Source: a bacterium (GTDB taxonomy: Bacteria > UBA8248). From it: a DNA stretch of 64,000 nucleotides. The first letter of the stretch is position 1. Each line of letters opens with the position of its first letter. The notes below the pieces were generated by a model, which worked only from the letters and a program-made list of their open reading frames with translations, was not told where the DNA came from and made no database searches. The translations under genes and the position numbers were made by a program. Below are positions 8,871 through 19,629 of this stretch, piece by piece. Where the stretch lies: the NCBI GenBank assembly GCA_965261085.1, contig OZ253442.1:288001-352000 (forward strand), in the 5' to 3' direction.

Positions 8871-10775
8871 TCAGCTCGCCGTGAGATACAGCAAAATCAC
8901 CAGCGCGCCGACCAGCATCGAAACGGCGTAGCTCTTCACATAGCCCGTCTGGAGATGCCTCAGGACGCCGCCCAGGGATCGCACGAAAAAGCCCGCCCCG
9001 TTCACGGCCGCGTCCACCAGGCCGTCCTCGAACACTCTCCAGCACCAAATCGACGCCCGCTTCACCGGTTGAACGATCAAGGCGTCGTATATCTCATCCA
9101 CGTAATACTTGTTCAACAAAAGACGGTGGATACCCGGCCAGAGCTCCGCGTAGGCGCTGCCGCCGTCGTTTTTCAAGACATACAAATTGTAAGCCGCGTA
9201 AATGCCGATGAAGGCGATGGCGAGCGAGAACACCATCATCAGAATCTCGAACACCACCTCATGATGCGCCTCCACGTGGCCGCCGAAAACAGGAGCGAGG
9301 AAATCTCCGAAAACGTTCGCTCCCGCGATGAGGGGAATCCCCACCCAGCCGCCGACGATAGAGAGCGCCGCCAGCGCCTGGAGCGGAAGCGTCATGTTGG
9401 TGGGAGACTCATGGACTTTCTGCTGCTCCGCGAGGCTCAGCTTACATGCGCCGAAGAAAACCCGGAACAGGAGCCGGAACATGTAAAACGCGGTCATCAG
9501 CGCGCCGGCCGCACCGGCGAGCCACAGGAGAATGCCGCCGCGCTCGGCCGTCATGGCGGCGTAGAGAATCGCGTCCTTGCTGAAAAAACCCGCGAAGGGA
9601 AATACGCCTGCAATGGCCAGTGCGCCGATAAGGAAGGTGTTGCTCGTTCGCGGGAGCGCCGCGTGGAGTCCGCCCATCTTGCGAATGTCCTGCTCGCCGT
9701 CCAAGGCATGAATCACGCTTCCCGCGCCCAGGAACAAAAGCGCCTTGAAGAACGCATGGGTCATCAGGTGAAAAATCGCCGCGGAGAACGCCCCCACGCC
9801 GCATGCCAGAAACATATAGCCCAGTTGGCTCACCGTGCTGTAGGCGAGCACCTTCTTGATGTCGGTCTGAACCAGGGCGATGGACGCCGCCATCAACAGC
9901 GTGAGCGCTCCGATGACGGCCACGACCAGCATCGCCGTGGAAGAGAGTTCGAAGAGCGCCTGCGTTCGCGCCACCATGTAGACGCCCGCCGTCACCATGG
10001 TGGCCGCGTGAATCAGGGCGCTGACCGGGGTGGGGCCTTCCATCGCGTCGGGCAGCCAGACGTAAAGGGGAATCTGCGCGCTCTTGCCCGTCGCGCCCCC
10101 GAAGAGCAGCAGGCAGATAATCGTCGCCGCCGCGCTCTCGGGACCGAGCAACTGCGGGGCCTTTGCGAACACCACCGAGAAATCCAGCGAGCCGACGACG
10201 CTGTAGATGTAAAAAAGCGCTATCAGGAAGCAGAAATCACCCACCCGGTTCACGATGAAGGCCTTTTTGCCGGCCTCGGCCGCCGCCTTGCGCTCGTACC
10301 AGAAACCGATGAGCAGATAACTGCAAAGCCCCACCGCCTCCCAGCCCACGAACATGACCACGAAGTTATCGCCCAAGACGAGCGTGAGCATGGAGAGCGA
10401 GAAGAGGTTCAGATAGATGAAATAGCGCACCACGCCGCGATCGCCGTACATGTAGCCCATCGAGTAGAGGTGGATCAGCGTCCCGACGCCGGTGACGACG
10501 AGCGCCATGACGGCCGAGAGCGGATCCAGCGCGAAGCCCGCGTTGACCTCGAGAGCGCCGATGGGGATCCACTCGAACAAGACGACGCGGATGAGCCGCC
10601 CCTTCTCGGGCATCCCCAGAAGGCGGAGCCAGCTCAGGAGCGACGCCGCGAACGCGAGCGCCATCGCCAGCGTCGCGGTCCAGCCGGCGAATTTCTCCCC
10701 GCGCTTCCAGCCGAAGAGGAAGTTCACCAGCACGCCGATGAGGGGGAACGCCAATATGAGTGTCAGACTATCCAT
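8871..10775 (-). CDS. nuoL: NADH-quinone oxidoreductase subunit L
   Basis: 634 aa, GKSAQIPLYVWLPDAMEGPTPVSALIH and THAFFKALLF. Confidence 0.96.
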   Translation of the reverse strand: MDSLTLILAFPLIGVLVNFLFGWKRGEKFAGWTATLAMALAFAASLLSWLRLLGMPEKGRLIRVVLFEWIPIGALEVNAGFALDPLSAVMALVVTGVGTLIHLYSMGYMYGDRGVVRYFIYLNLFSLSMLTLVLGDNFVVMFVGWEAVGLCSYLLIGFWYERKAAAEAGKKAFIVNRVGDFCFLIALFYIYSVVGSLDFSVVFAKAPQLLGPESAAATIICLLLFGGATGKSAQIPLYVWLPDAMEGPTPVSALIHAATMVTAGVYMVARTQALFELSSTAMLVVAVIGALTLLMAASIALVQTDIKKVLAYSTVSQLGYMFLACGVGAFSAAIFHLMTHAFFKALLFLGAGSVIHALDGEQDIRKMGGLHAALPRTSNTFLIGALAIAGVFPFAGFFSKDAILYAAMTAERGGILLWLAGAAGALMTAFYMFRLLFRVFFGACKLSLAEQQKVHESPTNMTLPLQALAALSIVGGWVGIPLIAGANVFGDFLAPVFGGHVEAHHEVVFEILMMVFSLAIAFIGIYAAYNLYVLKNDGGSAYAELWPGIHRLLLNKYYVDEIYDALIVQPVKRASIWCWRVFEDGLVDAAVNGAGFFVRSLGGVLRHLQTGYVKSYAVSMLVGALVILLYLTAS

Positions 10776-10787
10776 GATTCCTTGCTC

Positions 10788-11090
10788 TTATAGCTTCAGT
10801 AAATTGATTTCGTCTAAGTCGGTGGATTCGCGGTTGCGGTAGATCAGCACCACGATGGCCAGCCCGATAGCCGCTTCCGCAGCGGCCACCGCCATCACGA
10901 AAAACACGATCATCTGCCCCGCCATCGAATCCAGGAAGCGGCCATACGCCACGAACGCCAGATTCGCACCGTTCATCATCAACTCGATGCACAAGATGAC
11001 GACGATGGCGTTTCTGCGCACCACGACCCCGACGATCCCCAGGGAGAAGAGGATCGCGCTCAAAATCAGGTAATGCTCGAGTGGCGCCAC
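10788..11090 (-). CDS. nuoK: NADH-quinone oxidoreductase subunit K
   Basis: CIELMMN and AAAEAAIGLA. Confidence 0.95.
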   Translation of the reverse strand: MAPLEHYLILSAILFSLGIVGVVVRRNAIVVILCIELMMNGANLAFVAYGRFLDSMAGQMIVFFVMAVAAAEAAIGLAIVVLIYRNRESTDLDEINLLKL

Positions 11091-11102
11091 GTCCCACCCC
11101 TC

Positions 11103-11621
11103 CTAGCGGCTTCGCCTGCTCGCCAGTACCACGGCGCCGACGATTCCCACGAACAACAAAACGCCCATGGCCTGAAACGGCAGGACGTAATCCGTCAACA
11201 AGAGATTTCCGATCACCTGCGTGTTGCCCAGTTCGCTCACCCGCTCGAGCGGAAAGCTCCCCTTCTTGCCCGTCATGAGGGAGGTGGAGAGGAATACCTT
11301 GAGCAGCACGCTGAAAACGGCGAGCCCCGCAATAGCGCCCAGCATCTTCTGACCGGGCAGGCGCAACTCTCTTTTCTCCTCCCGGCCCAGGTTGATCAGC
11401 ATCACCACGAACAGGAAGAGCATCATGATCGCGCTGGCGTAGATGATCACCTGAACGATGGCGACGAACTGCGCGTGAAGCGAGAGGTACAACCCGGCCA
11501 GACCCAGAAAGGTCAGTATCAGGGCGAGCACGCTGTAGAGCGGGCTGGGAAACGCGACGACTGCTATCGCGCCCACCGTCGTCACCACCGCCAGGAAATA
11601 AAAAAACAAGGAACTGGCCAC
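11103..11621 (-). CDS. nuoJ: NADH-quinone oxidoreductase subunit J
   Basis: QVIIYASAIMMLFLFVVML; position between nuoI and nuoK. Confidence 0.94.
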   Translation of the reverse strand: MASSLFFYFLAVVTTVGAIAVVAFPSPLYSVLALILTFLGLAGLYLSLHAQFVAIVQVIIYASAIMMLFLFVVMLINLGREEKRELRLPGQKMLGAIAGLAVFSVLLKVFLSTSLMTGKKGSFPLERVSELGNTQVIGNLLLTDYVLPFQAMGVLLFVGIVGAVVLASRRSR

Positions 11622-11666
11622 TACCGCCCATCCTCCAGCGGGCGAGCGCCCGCCTGAAATCGAACC

Positions 11667-12146
11667 TTATACATACGTCAGCAGGTTTTTCTCGTCATAG
11701 CGGGCATGAAGCTCCGGATAATCCTCGGTTCGCTTCACGAGCAAATCGCCCTTCTCGTAGAGGAACTTGCCCCGATCGTCCTCACAGAATTCATATTCGT
11801 TGCCCAGTACGACAGCGCCGACCGGGCAGGCCTCCTCGCAGTATCCGCAAAAAATGCAGCGAAGCTCGTTGATCTCGTAAATGCTGGCGTAGCGCTCGCC
11901 CTTCGAGGTGGGCGCGGAGGGGTCGTTCTCCTCCGATTCCACGTAGATGCAGTCCACGGGACACGCCGCGGAGCAGAGCTTACACCCCACGCAGCGCTCC
12001 AGGCCGTCCTCCCAGCGCAGCAGCTTGTGGAGGCCGCGGTAGCCCACGGGCATCTCCTCTTTGACCTCGGGGTATTGCACGGTCACGCGGCTTTTGAAGG
12101 AATGCCTGAGAGTCAGCCACAATCCCCTGCAAATCTCGCCTAACAT
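11667..12146 (-). CDS. nuoI: NADH-quinone oxidoreductase subunit I
   Basis: Two CxxCxxCxxxCP ferredoxin motifs (CVGCKLCSAACP, CIFCGYCEEACP). Confidence 0.96.
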   Translation of the reverse strand: MLGEICRGLWLTLRHSFKSRVTVQYPEVKEEMPVGYRGLHKLLRWEDGLERCVGCKLCSAACPVDCIYVESEENDPSAPTSKGERYASIYEINELRCIFCGYCEEACPVGAVVLGNEYEFCEDDRGKFLYEKGDLLVKRTEDYPELHARYDEKNLLTYV

Positions 12147-12174
12147 AAAACCTCCCCCCCTTTCGAGCGGCCCG

Positions 12175-13155
12175 CTAGCCCATAAAAACGACGGCGCCGG
12201 CCGTGAGCATCACGTTCAGGATGGAGAGGGGCAGTAGCACCTTCCATCCGAAACCCATCAGTTGGTCATAGCGCAGGCGCGGCGTGGAGGCGCGCAGCCA
12301 CATGAAGAAGAACATGAACGCCAGCACCTTGATCAGGAACCAGACGACGGGCGGCAGCAACGGCCCGCGCCATCCGCCGAGGAAAAAAGTCGCTCCCACC
12401 GCCGAGAGCGTAATCATGCTGCAGTACTCGGCGATGGAGTAAACCGCAAAAAGCATGCTGCTGTACTCGGTATGAAATCCGCCAGTGAGCTCGCTCTCGG
12501 CCTCGGGCAAATCAAACGGCGCCCGGTTCGTCTCCGCCAACATGCAGATGACGAAGATCAAAAAGCCCAGGGGTTGCAGGATAATATAGGGCAACTCGGC
12601 CTGACCCCCGACGATTCCCTTGAGGCTCAGGGTGCCCGAGAGCATGACCACGCCCAGAAGCGACAAGCCGAGCGAGAGTTCGTAGCTGATCAACTGGGCG
12701 GCGGAGCGAAGCCCGCCGATGAGCGGATACTTGCTGTTCGACGCCCATGCGCCGAGCACGATGCCGTACACCCCGATGCCCCCCATGGCGAAGATGTACA
12801 GGATGCCGACGTTGACGTCGGCCAGCACCAGATCCACCTTCTGGCCGAACACCGTCACCGAATCACCGAAGGGCACCACGGCGAAGGCGGCCAGCGCCGG
12901 AATGAGCGTGATGGCCGGCGCGAGAACGTAAATCACCTTGTCCGCCTGGGTGGGAATGATGGTTTCCTTGAACATGAGCTTGATCCCGTCGGCGATGGGC
13001 TGTAAAAGCCCCGCCGGACCCACGCGGTTGGGCCCCACGCGCACCTGTATGAGCGCGAACACGCGCCGCTCCATCCAGGTCATGTAGGCGGCGAGCAGCA
13101 AAAGCCCGCTGAAGCCCACGAGCACTTTCCCGATAATAATGAGCAACGAAATCAT
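12175..13155 (-). CDS. nuoH: NADH-quinone oxidoreductase subunit H
   Basis: [11 protein letters not shown] and [14 protein letters not shown]. Confidence 0.96.
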   Translation of the reverse strand: MISLLIIIGKVLVGFSGLLLLAAYMTWMERRVFALIQVRVGPNRVGPAGLLQPIADGIKLMFKETIIPTQADKVIYVLAPAITLIPALAAFAVVPFGDSVTVFGQKVDLVLADVNVGILYIFAMGGIGVYGIVLGAWASNSKYPLIGGLRSAAQLISYELSLGLSLLGVVMLSGTLSLKGIVGGQAELPYIILQPLGFLIFVICMLAETNRAPFDLPEAESELTGGFHTEYSSMLFAVYSIAEYCSMITLSAVGATFFLGGWRGPLLPPVVWFLIKVLAFMFFFMWLRASTPRLRYDQLMGFGWKVLLPLSILNVMLTAGAVVFMG

Positions 13156-15753
13156 CTAAACGCCCACCTCTTGGGGTTTCTCCGCTTTACGGGCCTGAAT
13201 CTCAACTCCCTGGCGGCCCGGCTCACCGCCGGTGTTCAGCGCCGAGGCCCCATGCGCGCGCAAATAACCCTCCGGCGCGAAGGCGACGCCCACGGGCGCA
13301 TTCTTATCCACGTGTACGGGAAGCCGAACAACCTCGCCGCCCACTTCGAATTCCACGAGTTCGCCGTCCATAACGCCCAGATTCTCCGCGTCGCTCGGCG
13401 AGATGGCGAGGGCGGCGCCGGGCATGTCGGCCAGATGATAGGCCGAGGCCGCATAGGCTCCCGAGAGCCACAAGACGGGCGTCAACAGCATCCTGAGTCC
13501 CGGCTCTTGCGTTTCTTTCTCGGGAATCTGCGTGATCTGATAGGCGCGCTGCCCCTCTCTTCTCAGATGCAGACCCACATCGGGAATACGGCCGAAGGCG
13601 TCCGCGTAATCACCGACGAGCGAGCGCGCCTGAATCCGAATCTTGTCCAGCGAGTTCGCCCGTAAGGGCCGCTCCATCGCTTTTGCGATATCGGCGAAGG
13701 CCCGCCAGGCTTCTGGCGCCATCTTGTCGATCATCGGCTTGAGCGCGCGAGGGAGCGACTGCGCCCTGCGCTCTAAGTTCGTGACGCTGCCTGTTTCCTC
13801 ATACAACGTGGGCGCGGGAATCACCACATCTGCGTACTGCGCGCTGGCGTTTAAGTGAGACGTCTGCAGGACGATGAAATCGGCCTTTTCCAGCGCCTCT
13901 CTCACCCGCGCTCCGTCTGGATACTCCGCCACCGGGTCGCAGCCCAGAATATAAAGGCCTTTGAGTTCACCGCTCATGAGTCCACCCAGTATGCCGCTCG
14001 TGTTTCTGCCTGCTTGCGCGGCGGGCGGCTTGCCCCACGCCTCCTCGCAGGCGGCGCGCACACCCTCATCCGACAAGTCGCCGCCGGGCAGGCTCTCTGG
14101 GTGCAGGCCCATGTCCACCGCGCCCTGTAAGTTCGGCGCGCCGGTGGCGAAGAGCATGTTGGCGCGGAGCAACAGTCCCAAATTGATCGCCTCCGAAACG
14201 GCGACCTTCCCCGTCTCCCCCGGGCCGGAGAGTATGCTCACGCCGCCATCAGCCACCAGAATCGCCCGGGCGGCGGCCATGAGGTCCTCGGGCGCCACGT
14301 CCGCCTCTTCACACAGGCGGTTCAAGTCCAAGGAATCGAGGAGCGCGGCGTATTCTTCCGCGTTCGCTCCTTCGGGTCTCGCGCCGCCGTCCACGAGGTA
14401 TGTCGCCAGCGCCCGCAGCGTGCGCGAAATGCCCCCCAGCACCGGCACCAGATGATGCACCCTGCCCTGAACGCGCAAATCGATGCGCCTTTGGTTCACG
14501 TTGATGATGACCGCGCCCGCCCGGTGCGCTTTTCTGATCTGAAGCGCGAGTATGGGATGCTGCGTGAAGGGGTCGCTGCCCACGATGACGACGGCCTTCG
14601 AGCGGCCCAACTCCTCGATGGAACCCACGCCGCCCACGCCGCCAAAGGCGGCGCGCTGTAAGTCCGTCTGTACGATGTCACGCGTGTGAATCCGGCTGTC
14701 GAGGTGGTTGGTTCCCAGAACCGAGCGCATGAAGGCGCCGAACTGATACGCGGTCTCGTTCGTGGAAGAGGCCCCGCCCAGCCCGGCGATAGCGCCGCCG
14801 CCCGCTTGCTCTATGAGAGCACCGAAGTCTCTCGCCGCCTCTCCGATAGCTTCCGCCCAGCCGACGGGCGTCAGTTCACCGTCTTTTCTGATCATCGGCT
14901 GTGTGATTCGCCCTTCTCCGTGCGCCCCGCTCCAGCCGTAGCGCGCGACGTCGCAAATCCAGGTGTCGTTGATTTTTTCGTTCTCAGCCGCCGTCACGCG
15001 CTTGATCTCGCCGTCTTTCGTCCAGACGCCCTGGCGGCAGCCCACGCTGCAAAGCGTGCAGGGGCCTTGGGTTTCCTGCATCTCCCACACGCGCGCGGTG
15101 AAGCGATATTTGTTGTCCGTAAGCGCGCCGACGGGACAGATGTCGATGACGTTGCCCGAGACGACGCTCGTCACGGGCAGGTCCTCATAGACGCCCACCT
15201 CGGTGAGATCGCCCCGCTGCGCCCAGCCGAATTCCGCCCCGCCGTCGATCTCCTCGGTGAAGCGGATACACCGGGTGCAGTGCACGCAGCGGTTCATCTC
15301 GGGCTTGATGAAGGCGCTGATCTCCTTGCTTGGATAAATGCGCCTGAACTCATGCGTCCTGCTGATCGCCTTGCCGTAGGCCATGGTCTGATCCTGCAAG
15401 GGACATTCACCGCCCTGATCGCACACCGGACAATCGAGCGGGTGGTTTTTCAGCAAAAACTCAAAGACCCCCTCCTGCGCTTCGATAACGCGCGGGGTCA
15501 CGGAACTGACTACCATGCCCTCGGCCGCCGGCGTGGCGCAGGAGGCCTGTAGTTTCGGTATCGGCCTGCCGTTGCCCGCGTCGAGCACTTCCACGAGACA
15601 GGCCCTACACTGACCCACGATGGAGAGATTCTTGTGATAGCAAAAATTCGGAACGTGCGCGCCAACGCGCAGCGCAGCCTCCAGGACGGGCAGACCCTTG
15701 TCCATCGTGATGCTCTGATCGTTGAATACGAAGGTTACTTGCTCATTCGACAT
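13156..15753 (-). CDS. nuoG: NADH-quinone oxidoreductase subunit G
   Basis: CYH...CRAC, HPLDCPVCDQGGEC, CVHCTRC and CTLCSVGC Fe-S motifs; molybdopterin-oxidoreductase-like C-terminus. Confidence 0.95.
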   Translation of the reverse strand: MSNEQVTFVFNDQSITMDKGLPVLEAALRVGAHVPNFCYHKNLSIVGQCRACLVEVLDAGNGRPIPKLQASCATPAAEGMVVSSVTPRVIEAQEGVFEFLLKNHPLDCPVCDQGGECPLQDQTMAYGKAISRTHEFRRIYPSKEISAFIKPEMNRCVHCTRCIRFTEEIDGGAEFGWAQRGDLTEVGVYEDLPVTSVVSGNVIDICPVGALTDNKYRFTARVWEMQETQGPCTLCSVGCRQGVWTKDGEIKRVTAAENEKINDTWICDVARYGWSGAHGEGRITQPMIRKDGELTPVGWAEAIGEAARDFGALIEQAGGGAIAGLGGASSTNETAYQFGAFMRSVLGTNHLDSRIHTRDIVQTDLQRAAFGGVGGVGSIEELGRSKAVVIVGSDPFTQHPILALQIRKAHRAGAVIINVNQRRIDLRVQGRVHHLVPVLGGISRTLRALATYLVDGGARPEGANAEEYAALLDSLDLNRLCEEADVAPEDLMAAARAILVADGGVSILSGPGETGKVAVSEAINLGLLLRANMLFATGAPNLQGAVDMGLHPESLPGGDLSDEGVRAACEEAWGKPPAAQAGRNTSGILGGLMSGELKGLYILGCDPVAEYPDGARVREALEKADFIVLQTSHLNASAQYADVVIPAPTLYEETGSVTNLERRAQSLPRALKPMIDKMAPEAWRAFADIAKAMERPLRANSLDKIRIQARSLVGDYADAFGRIPDVGLHLRREGQRAYQITQIPEKETQEPGLRMLLTPVLWLSGAYAASAYHLADMPGAALAISPSDAENLGVMDGELVEFEVGGEVVRLPVHVDKNAPVGVAFAPEGYLRAHGASALNTGGEPGRQGVEIQARKAEKPQEVGV

Positions 15754-15770
15754 CTATCGCCTCTTCCCCA

Positions 15771-17075
15771 TCACGTCGCGGCGGGATACGGGCTGTCCAG
15801 CGGACAGCGGCCCAGAGAGATGTGCGCTTCAAATTCATCGTGAAATTTCGTCAAAAACGCGCCGAACATCATGGCGCACGCATCCGAGAGCACACAGATG
15901 GTGTTGCCGCGCATGTTGGGGTCTATCGACGCGAGCGTCTCCAAATCGTCGGGTACTCCCGCGCCCCTCTCCATCCGGGCGAGAATCTCGGATACCCAGC
16001 CGGTTCCCTCCCGGCAGACCGAGCATTGTCCGCAGGATTCGTGCTCGAAAAAGGCGGCGAGCCTGCCGGCGGCCTGCACCATGCACGTTGTCTCGTCCAT
16101 GACGATGACCCCGCCGCTGCCGCCCATGCTGCCCGCCCGGGCGAGGGAGTCGAAATCCATCGTCACCTTGTCTTCATATACTTCCTTCGCGGTGAGGGCG
16201 GGCGCGCTCGCGCCGCCGGGAATCACCGCTTTCAAGGCCGCGCCGTTTCGCATGCCGCCGCAGTGTTCGTGAATCATCTCCTCGCACGTCAGGCCGAGCG
16301 GCAACTCATAAAGGCCCGGTTTCTCTACGTGGCCCGAGACGCAGTACATGCGGGTGCCCGAGTTTTTCTCATCGATTCCGATGCCTGCGAACCACTCCGC
16401 CCCCTTGTTCACGATGTGGGGGAGATTGGCGAGCGTTTCCACGTTGTTGATGACCGTGGGCCGCGCATACAGACCGACGACCGCCGGAAACGGCGGCTTG
16501 AGGCGCGGATGCCCGCGCTTGCCCTCGAGCGATTCCAAAAGCCCGGTTTCCTCGCCGCAGATGTAGGCCCCCGCTCCGCGGTGGGTGTAGATATCGCACG
16601 AAAAACCACTGCCCATGATGTTCCGGCCGACGTAGCCCTTCTCATAGGCTTCGGCCAGAGCCTTTTCCACCGCGCGCCAGGGGGCGACGAATTCGCCGCG
16701 AATGTAAATGTAGGCCTTTTCGATTCCCACCGCGTAGCAGGCGATGAGGATGCCCTCGATGAGTTGATGCGGGTCGCGCAGCATGAGCTCTCGATCCTTG
16801 AACGTGCCGGGCTCTCCCTCGTCCGCGTTGACGGCCAGGTATTTCGGCCCGTCCACCTGGGGCACGAAACTCCACTTGAGCCCGCAAGGAAACCCGGCGC
16901 CGCCTCGCCCGCGCAGGCCCGAGGACTTCACGAGTTCGATGACGTCTGCGGGTTCGACACCGCCCAGAAGGCGTCTTATCGCCTCATAGCCGCCCGAGGC
17001 CTCATAGCCCGCGATATGCGGCGCATCGGGATTATCGAACCGGCCCGTCACGATTTTTTCTAAAACCAACGCCAT
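15771..17075 (-). CDS. nuoF: NADH-quinone oxidoreductase subunit F
   Basis: GRGGAGFP, NADEGEPGTFKDR, GAGAYICGEET and ESCGQCSVCREG. Confidence 0.97.
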   Translation of the reverse strand: MALVLEKIVTGRFDNPDAPHIAGYEASGGYEAIRRLLGGVEPADVIELVKSSGLRGRGGAGFPCGLKWSFVPQVDGPKYLAVNADEGEPGTFKDRELMLRDPHQLIEGILIACYAVGIEKAYIYIRGEFVAPWRAVEKALAEAYEKGYVGRNIMGSGFSCDIYTHRGAGAYICGEETGLLESLEGKRGHPRLKPPFPAVVGLYARPTVINNVETLANLPHIVNKGAEWFAGIGIDEKNSGTRMYCVSGHVEKPGLYELPLGLTCEEMIHEHCGGMRNGAALKAVIPGGASAPALTAKEVYEDKVTMDFDSLARAGSMGGSGGVIVMDETTCMVQAAGRLAAFFEHESCGQCSVCREGTGWVSEILARMERGAGVPDDLETLASIDPNMRGNTICVLSDACAMMFGAFLTKFHDEFEAHISLGRCPLDSPYPAAT

Positions 17076-17085
17076 CTTCAGACCC

Positions 17086-17685
17086 TCAGCCTTGGCCTTC
17101 GCCGTCTGTTTCTTCAGCCCCGGCCAGTGCGGGCGACGCCACCTCGTCCGCCCCGATGGGCGAGACGGACTCGCCTTTTTCCAGCGCGCTCAAGATATCG
17201 TTCATGATCTCGGGCGTGACGCACTCGAAATAATCTTCGTTTATCTGCACGCACGGAGCGCCGCCGCAAGCGCCCAGGCATTCGACCGCCTCGACCGAGA
17301 ATTTCCCGTCCTCGCGCGTGTGTCCGGCCCGGCAATCCAGGCGGTTTTCAATCTCGCGCAACAGCCTGCCTGCTCCCATGAGGGCGCACGAGAGGTTGTT
17401 GCACACCTGAACGTGGTACTCCCCGATGGGCTGGGTCTTGAGCATGGTGTAAAAGCTCACCACGCCCCACACTTCCATGGGAGAAACCTCGAAAATCTCG
17501 GCCACGTGCTGCATCACCGCGCTGGTGATGAAGCCCGCCTGCTTCTGGGCCAACTGGAGCGCGGGGATGAGCGCCGAGCGCTTCACCGGATACTTGGCGA
17601 TGACGCGCTCGAGTTCCGCGCGGTTCTCGGGCGAGAACTCGAAGCGTTCTTCCTGCTCGGAATGGGGAAACCGTATCAACGCCAA
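17086..17685 (-). CDS. nuoE: NADH-quinone oxidoreductase subunit E
   Basis: CNNLSC and ECLGAC 2Fe-2S ligands. Confidence 0.95.
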   Translation of the reverse strand: MALIRFPHSEQEERFEFSPENRAELERVIAKYPVKRSALIPALQLAQKQAGFITSAVMQHVAEIFEVSPMEVWGVVSFYTMLKTQPIGEYHVQVCNNLSCALMGAGRLLREIENRLDCRAGHTREDGKFSVEAVECLGACGGAPCVQINEDYFECVTPEIMNDILSALEKGESVSPIGADEVASPALAGAEETDGEGQG

Positions 17686-17709
17686 AACGAGGCCATCCTC
17701 TATTTCACT

Positions 17710-18933
17710 CTAACGATCTATCTCGCCCAACACGATGTCGATGCTGCCGATGGCGGCCACGACGTCGCCCATCAGCCCGCCCCGGGTGATCTCGGAGAGC
17801 GTATGGAGATTCGCGAAACTCGGCGCGCGCACTTTTACCTTATAAGGACTCGGGCTGCCATCGCTGATGATGTAATAACCAAGCTCCCCCCGGGGGGATT
17901 CGATGGCCTGGTACACCTCGCCCTCGGGCACGCTGTAGCCTTCGGTGAATATCTTGAAATGATGGATCAACGCCTCCATGTCGTGGGCCAACTGCTCCTT
18001 GGGCGGCGGCACCACCTTGGCGTTGTCCGCCATGAGGGGACCCTCGGGCATTCCCTCGAGCGCCTGCATGGCGATGCGCCGCGATTGGCGCATCTCGGCG
18101 ATCCGCACCAGATACCTGTCCAGAATGTCGCCCCGCTCTCCCACGGGAACCTCGAAGTCGAACTCCTCATACCCCGAGTAGGGCTCGTTCTTGCGGATGT
18201 CGTAGGGCACGCCGCAGGCCCGGAGCAACGGCCCCGTGATGCCGAGGTCATAAGCCTGCTCGACCGTCATGGCGCAAACGCCCTGCGCGCGGCGTCTGTA
18301 GATGGGGTTGTTGGTGAGTAGTTCCTCATACTCGTCCACGCGATCGGAGAAGGGTTCCAGAAAATCCCGGCAATCCTCATAAAACGTCGGGTAGGGTTCG
18401 CGCGCGACGCCGCCTACCCGGAAATAGCTCGTCATCATGCGGACGCCGGAGACTTTCTCGAAAACCTTGAGAAGTTGCTCGCGTTCTCTAAAGCAATACA
18501 AAAAGACCGTCATCGCGCCCAGATCGAGCGCGTGGGTGCCGAGCCAGACCAGATGGCTGTTCAGGCGCGTCATCTCCGCGAGCAGCACGCGCAGATACCT
18601 GCACCGGCGGGGAACCTCCATATCCAGGAGTTTCTCCACGGCCAGAACGAAGCCCAGATTGTTCGACATCGGCGCCAGATAGTCCATGCGGTCGGTCATG
18701 GGGAGGGCCTTGTTGTAGGTTTTCTCCTCCATGCTCTTCTCGATGCCGGTATGCAGGTAGCCGATGATGGGCTTGCACGAGAGCACCGTCTCGCCGTCTA
18801 GTTCGAGCACCACGCGCAGAACCCCGTGGGTGCTCGGGTGCTGCGGCCCCATGTTGAGCGTCATCGTCTCGGTCTGTATCGGACCGAGCATGTCGCTGTC
18901 GAGTGGGTCTGCGCGCTGCGCTTGCGTGGCCAT
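17710..18933 (-). CDS. nuoD: NADH-quinone oxidoreductase subunit D
   Basis: NMGPQHPSTHGVLR, MEALIHHFK and DIVLGEIDR. Confidence 0.97.
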   Translation of the reverse strand: MATQAQRADPLDSDMLGPIQTETMTLNMGPQHPSTHGVLRVVLELDGETVLSCKPIIGYLHTGIEKSMEEKTYNKALPMTDRMDYLAPMSNNLGFVLAVEKLLDMEVPRRCRYLRVLLAEMTRLNSHLVWLGTHALDLGAMTVFLYCFREREQLLKVFEKVSGVRMMTSYFRVGGVAREPYPTFYEDCRDFLEPFSDRVDEYEELLTNNPIYRRRAQGVCAMTVEQAYDLGITGPLLRACGVPYDIRKNEPYSGYEEFDFEVPVGERGDILDRYLVRIAEMRQSRRIAMQALEGMPEGPLMADNAKVVPPPKEQLAHDMEALIHHFKIFTEGYSVPEGEVYQAIESPRGELGYYIISDGSPSPYKVKVRAPSFANLHTLSEITRGGLMGDVVAAIGSIDIVLGEIDR

Positions 18934-18951
18934 CGAAGGCTCCCGTGATCC

Positions 18952-19518
18952 TTATTCCGCCGCCTTGGGCTTGCCCGCGGGCGTATCCCTGAAGGTGAAC
19001 GCCACCGGCTCGGATGAGATGTCGAAATCCTTGCGGTGGGGATAGCCCTCGAAGCCCTCAGGCGTGAGGATGCGCTCGAGTTCGGGGTGTCCCTCGAAAT
19101 TGATCCCCAAAAGGTCGTACGCCTCGCACTCATGGAGCCTCGCGCCGGGCCATATCCCGCAGATGCTGGGCATCGTCGGCTCGAGATCGTCCGCGCAGGG
19201 GGCTTCTATGCGCAGACGCCGCGACTTTTCGGGATTCAGCAGCGAATACGTCACCTTGAACCGGTAGGAAACCGGCAACTCCAGACAATCCACCCCGCAG
19301 ACGAAGCTCAGGAACTTGTACCCTCTCTCATCGCGCAAGAATCGCACCGCATCGAGCAAGGCGCCCGGCGCGACCTGGGTGGATATCTGGCCGCGATGCT
19401 CGCCCGCCCCGAGAAAGCCGCCCCCGATCTTCGCCTGCAACAAAACGAGGTCGGGGTTTTTTCTTTCGATCGGCTCCTCGGTCGGCTCTTCGACCTCCCC
19501 CTGCTCCTCTTCATTCAA
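18952..19518 (-). CDS. nuoC: NADH-quinone oxidoreductase subunit C
   Basis: ECEAYDLLGINFEGHPELERIL...YPHRKDF. Confidence 0.94.
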   Translation of the reverse strand: MNEEEQGEVEEPTEEPIERKNPDLVLLQAKIGGGFLGAGEHRGQISTQVAPGALLDAVRFLRDERGYKFLSFVCGVDCLELPVSYRFKVTYSLLNPEKSRRLRIEAPCADDLEPTMPSICGIWPGARLHECEAYDLLGINFEGHPELERILTPEGFEGYPHRKDFDISSEPVAFTFRDTPAGKPKAAE

Positions 19519-19629
19519 CGGCTCAACCCCTCATTTTCCAAAGGCTTACATCCACTTCACGAACAAGCTCTCACCCCGCATTTGCGTCGACTTTCTACTC
19601 ACATGGCGTGGGGAACTTTCGCACATCAT

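Noticed and set aside
7764-10793. 1009-aa plus-strand ORF, and many other long antisense ORFs such as 47-1156, 3563-4807 and 36137-37807
   Set aside because: These are shadow frames opposite well-conserved genes in GC-rich DNA, with H/R/E-biased composition and no recognisable motifs
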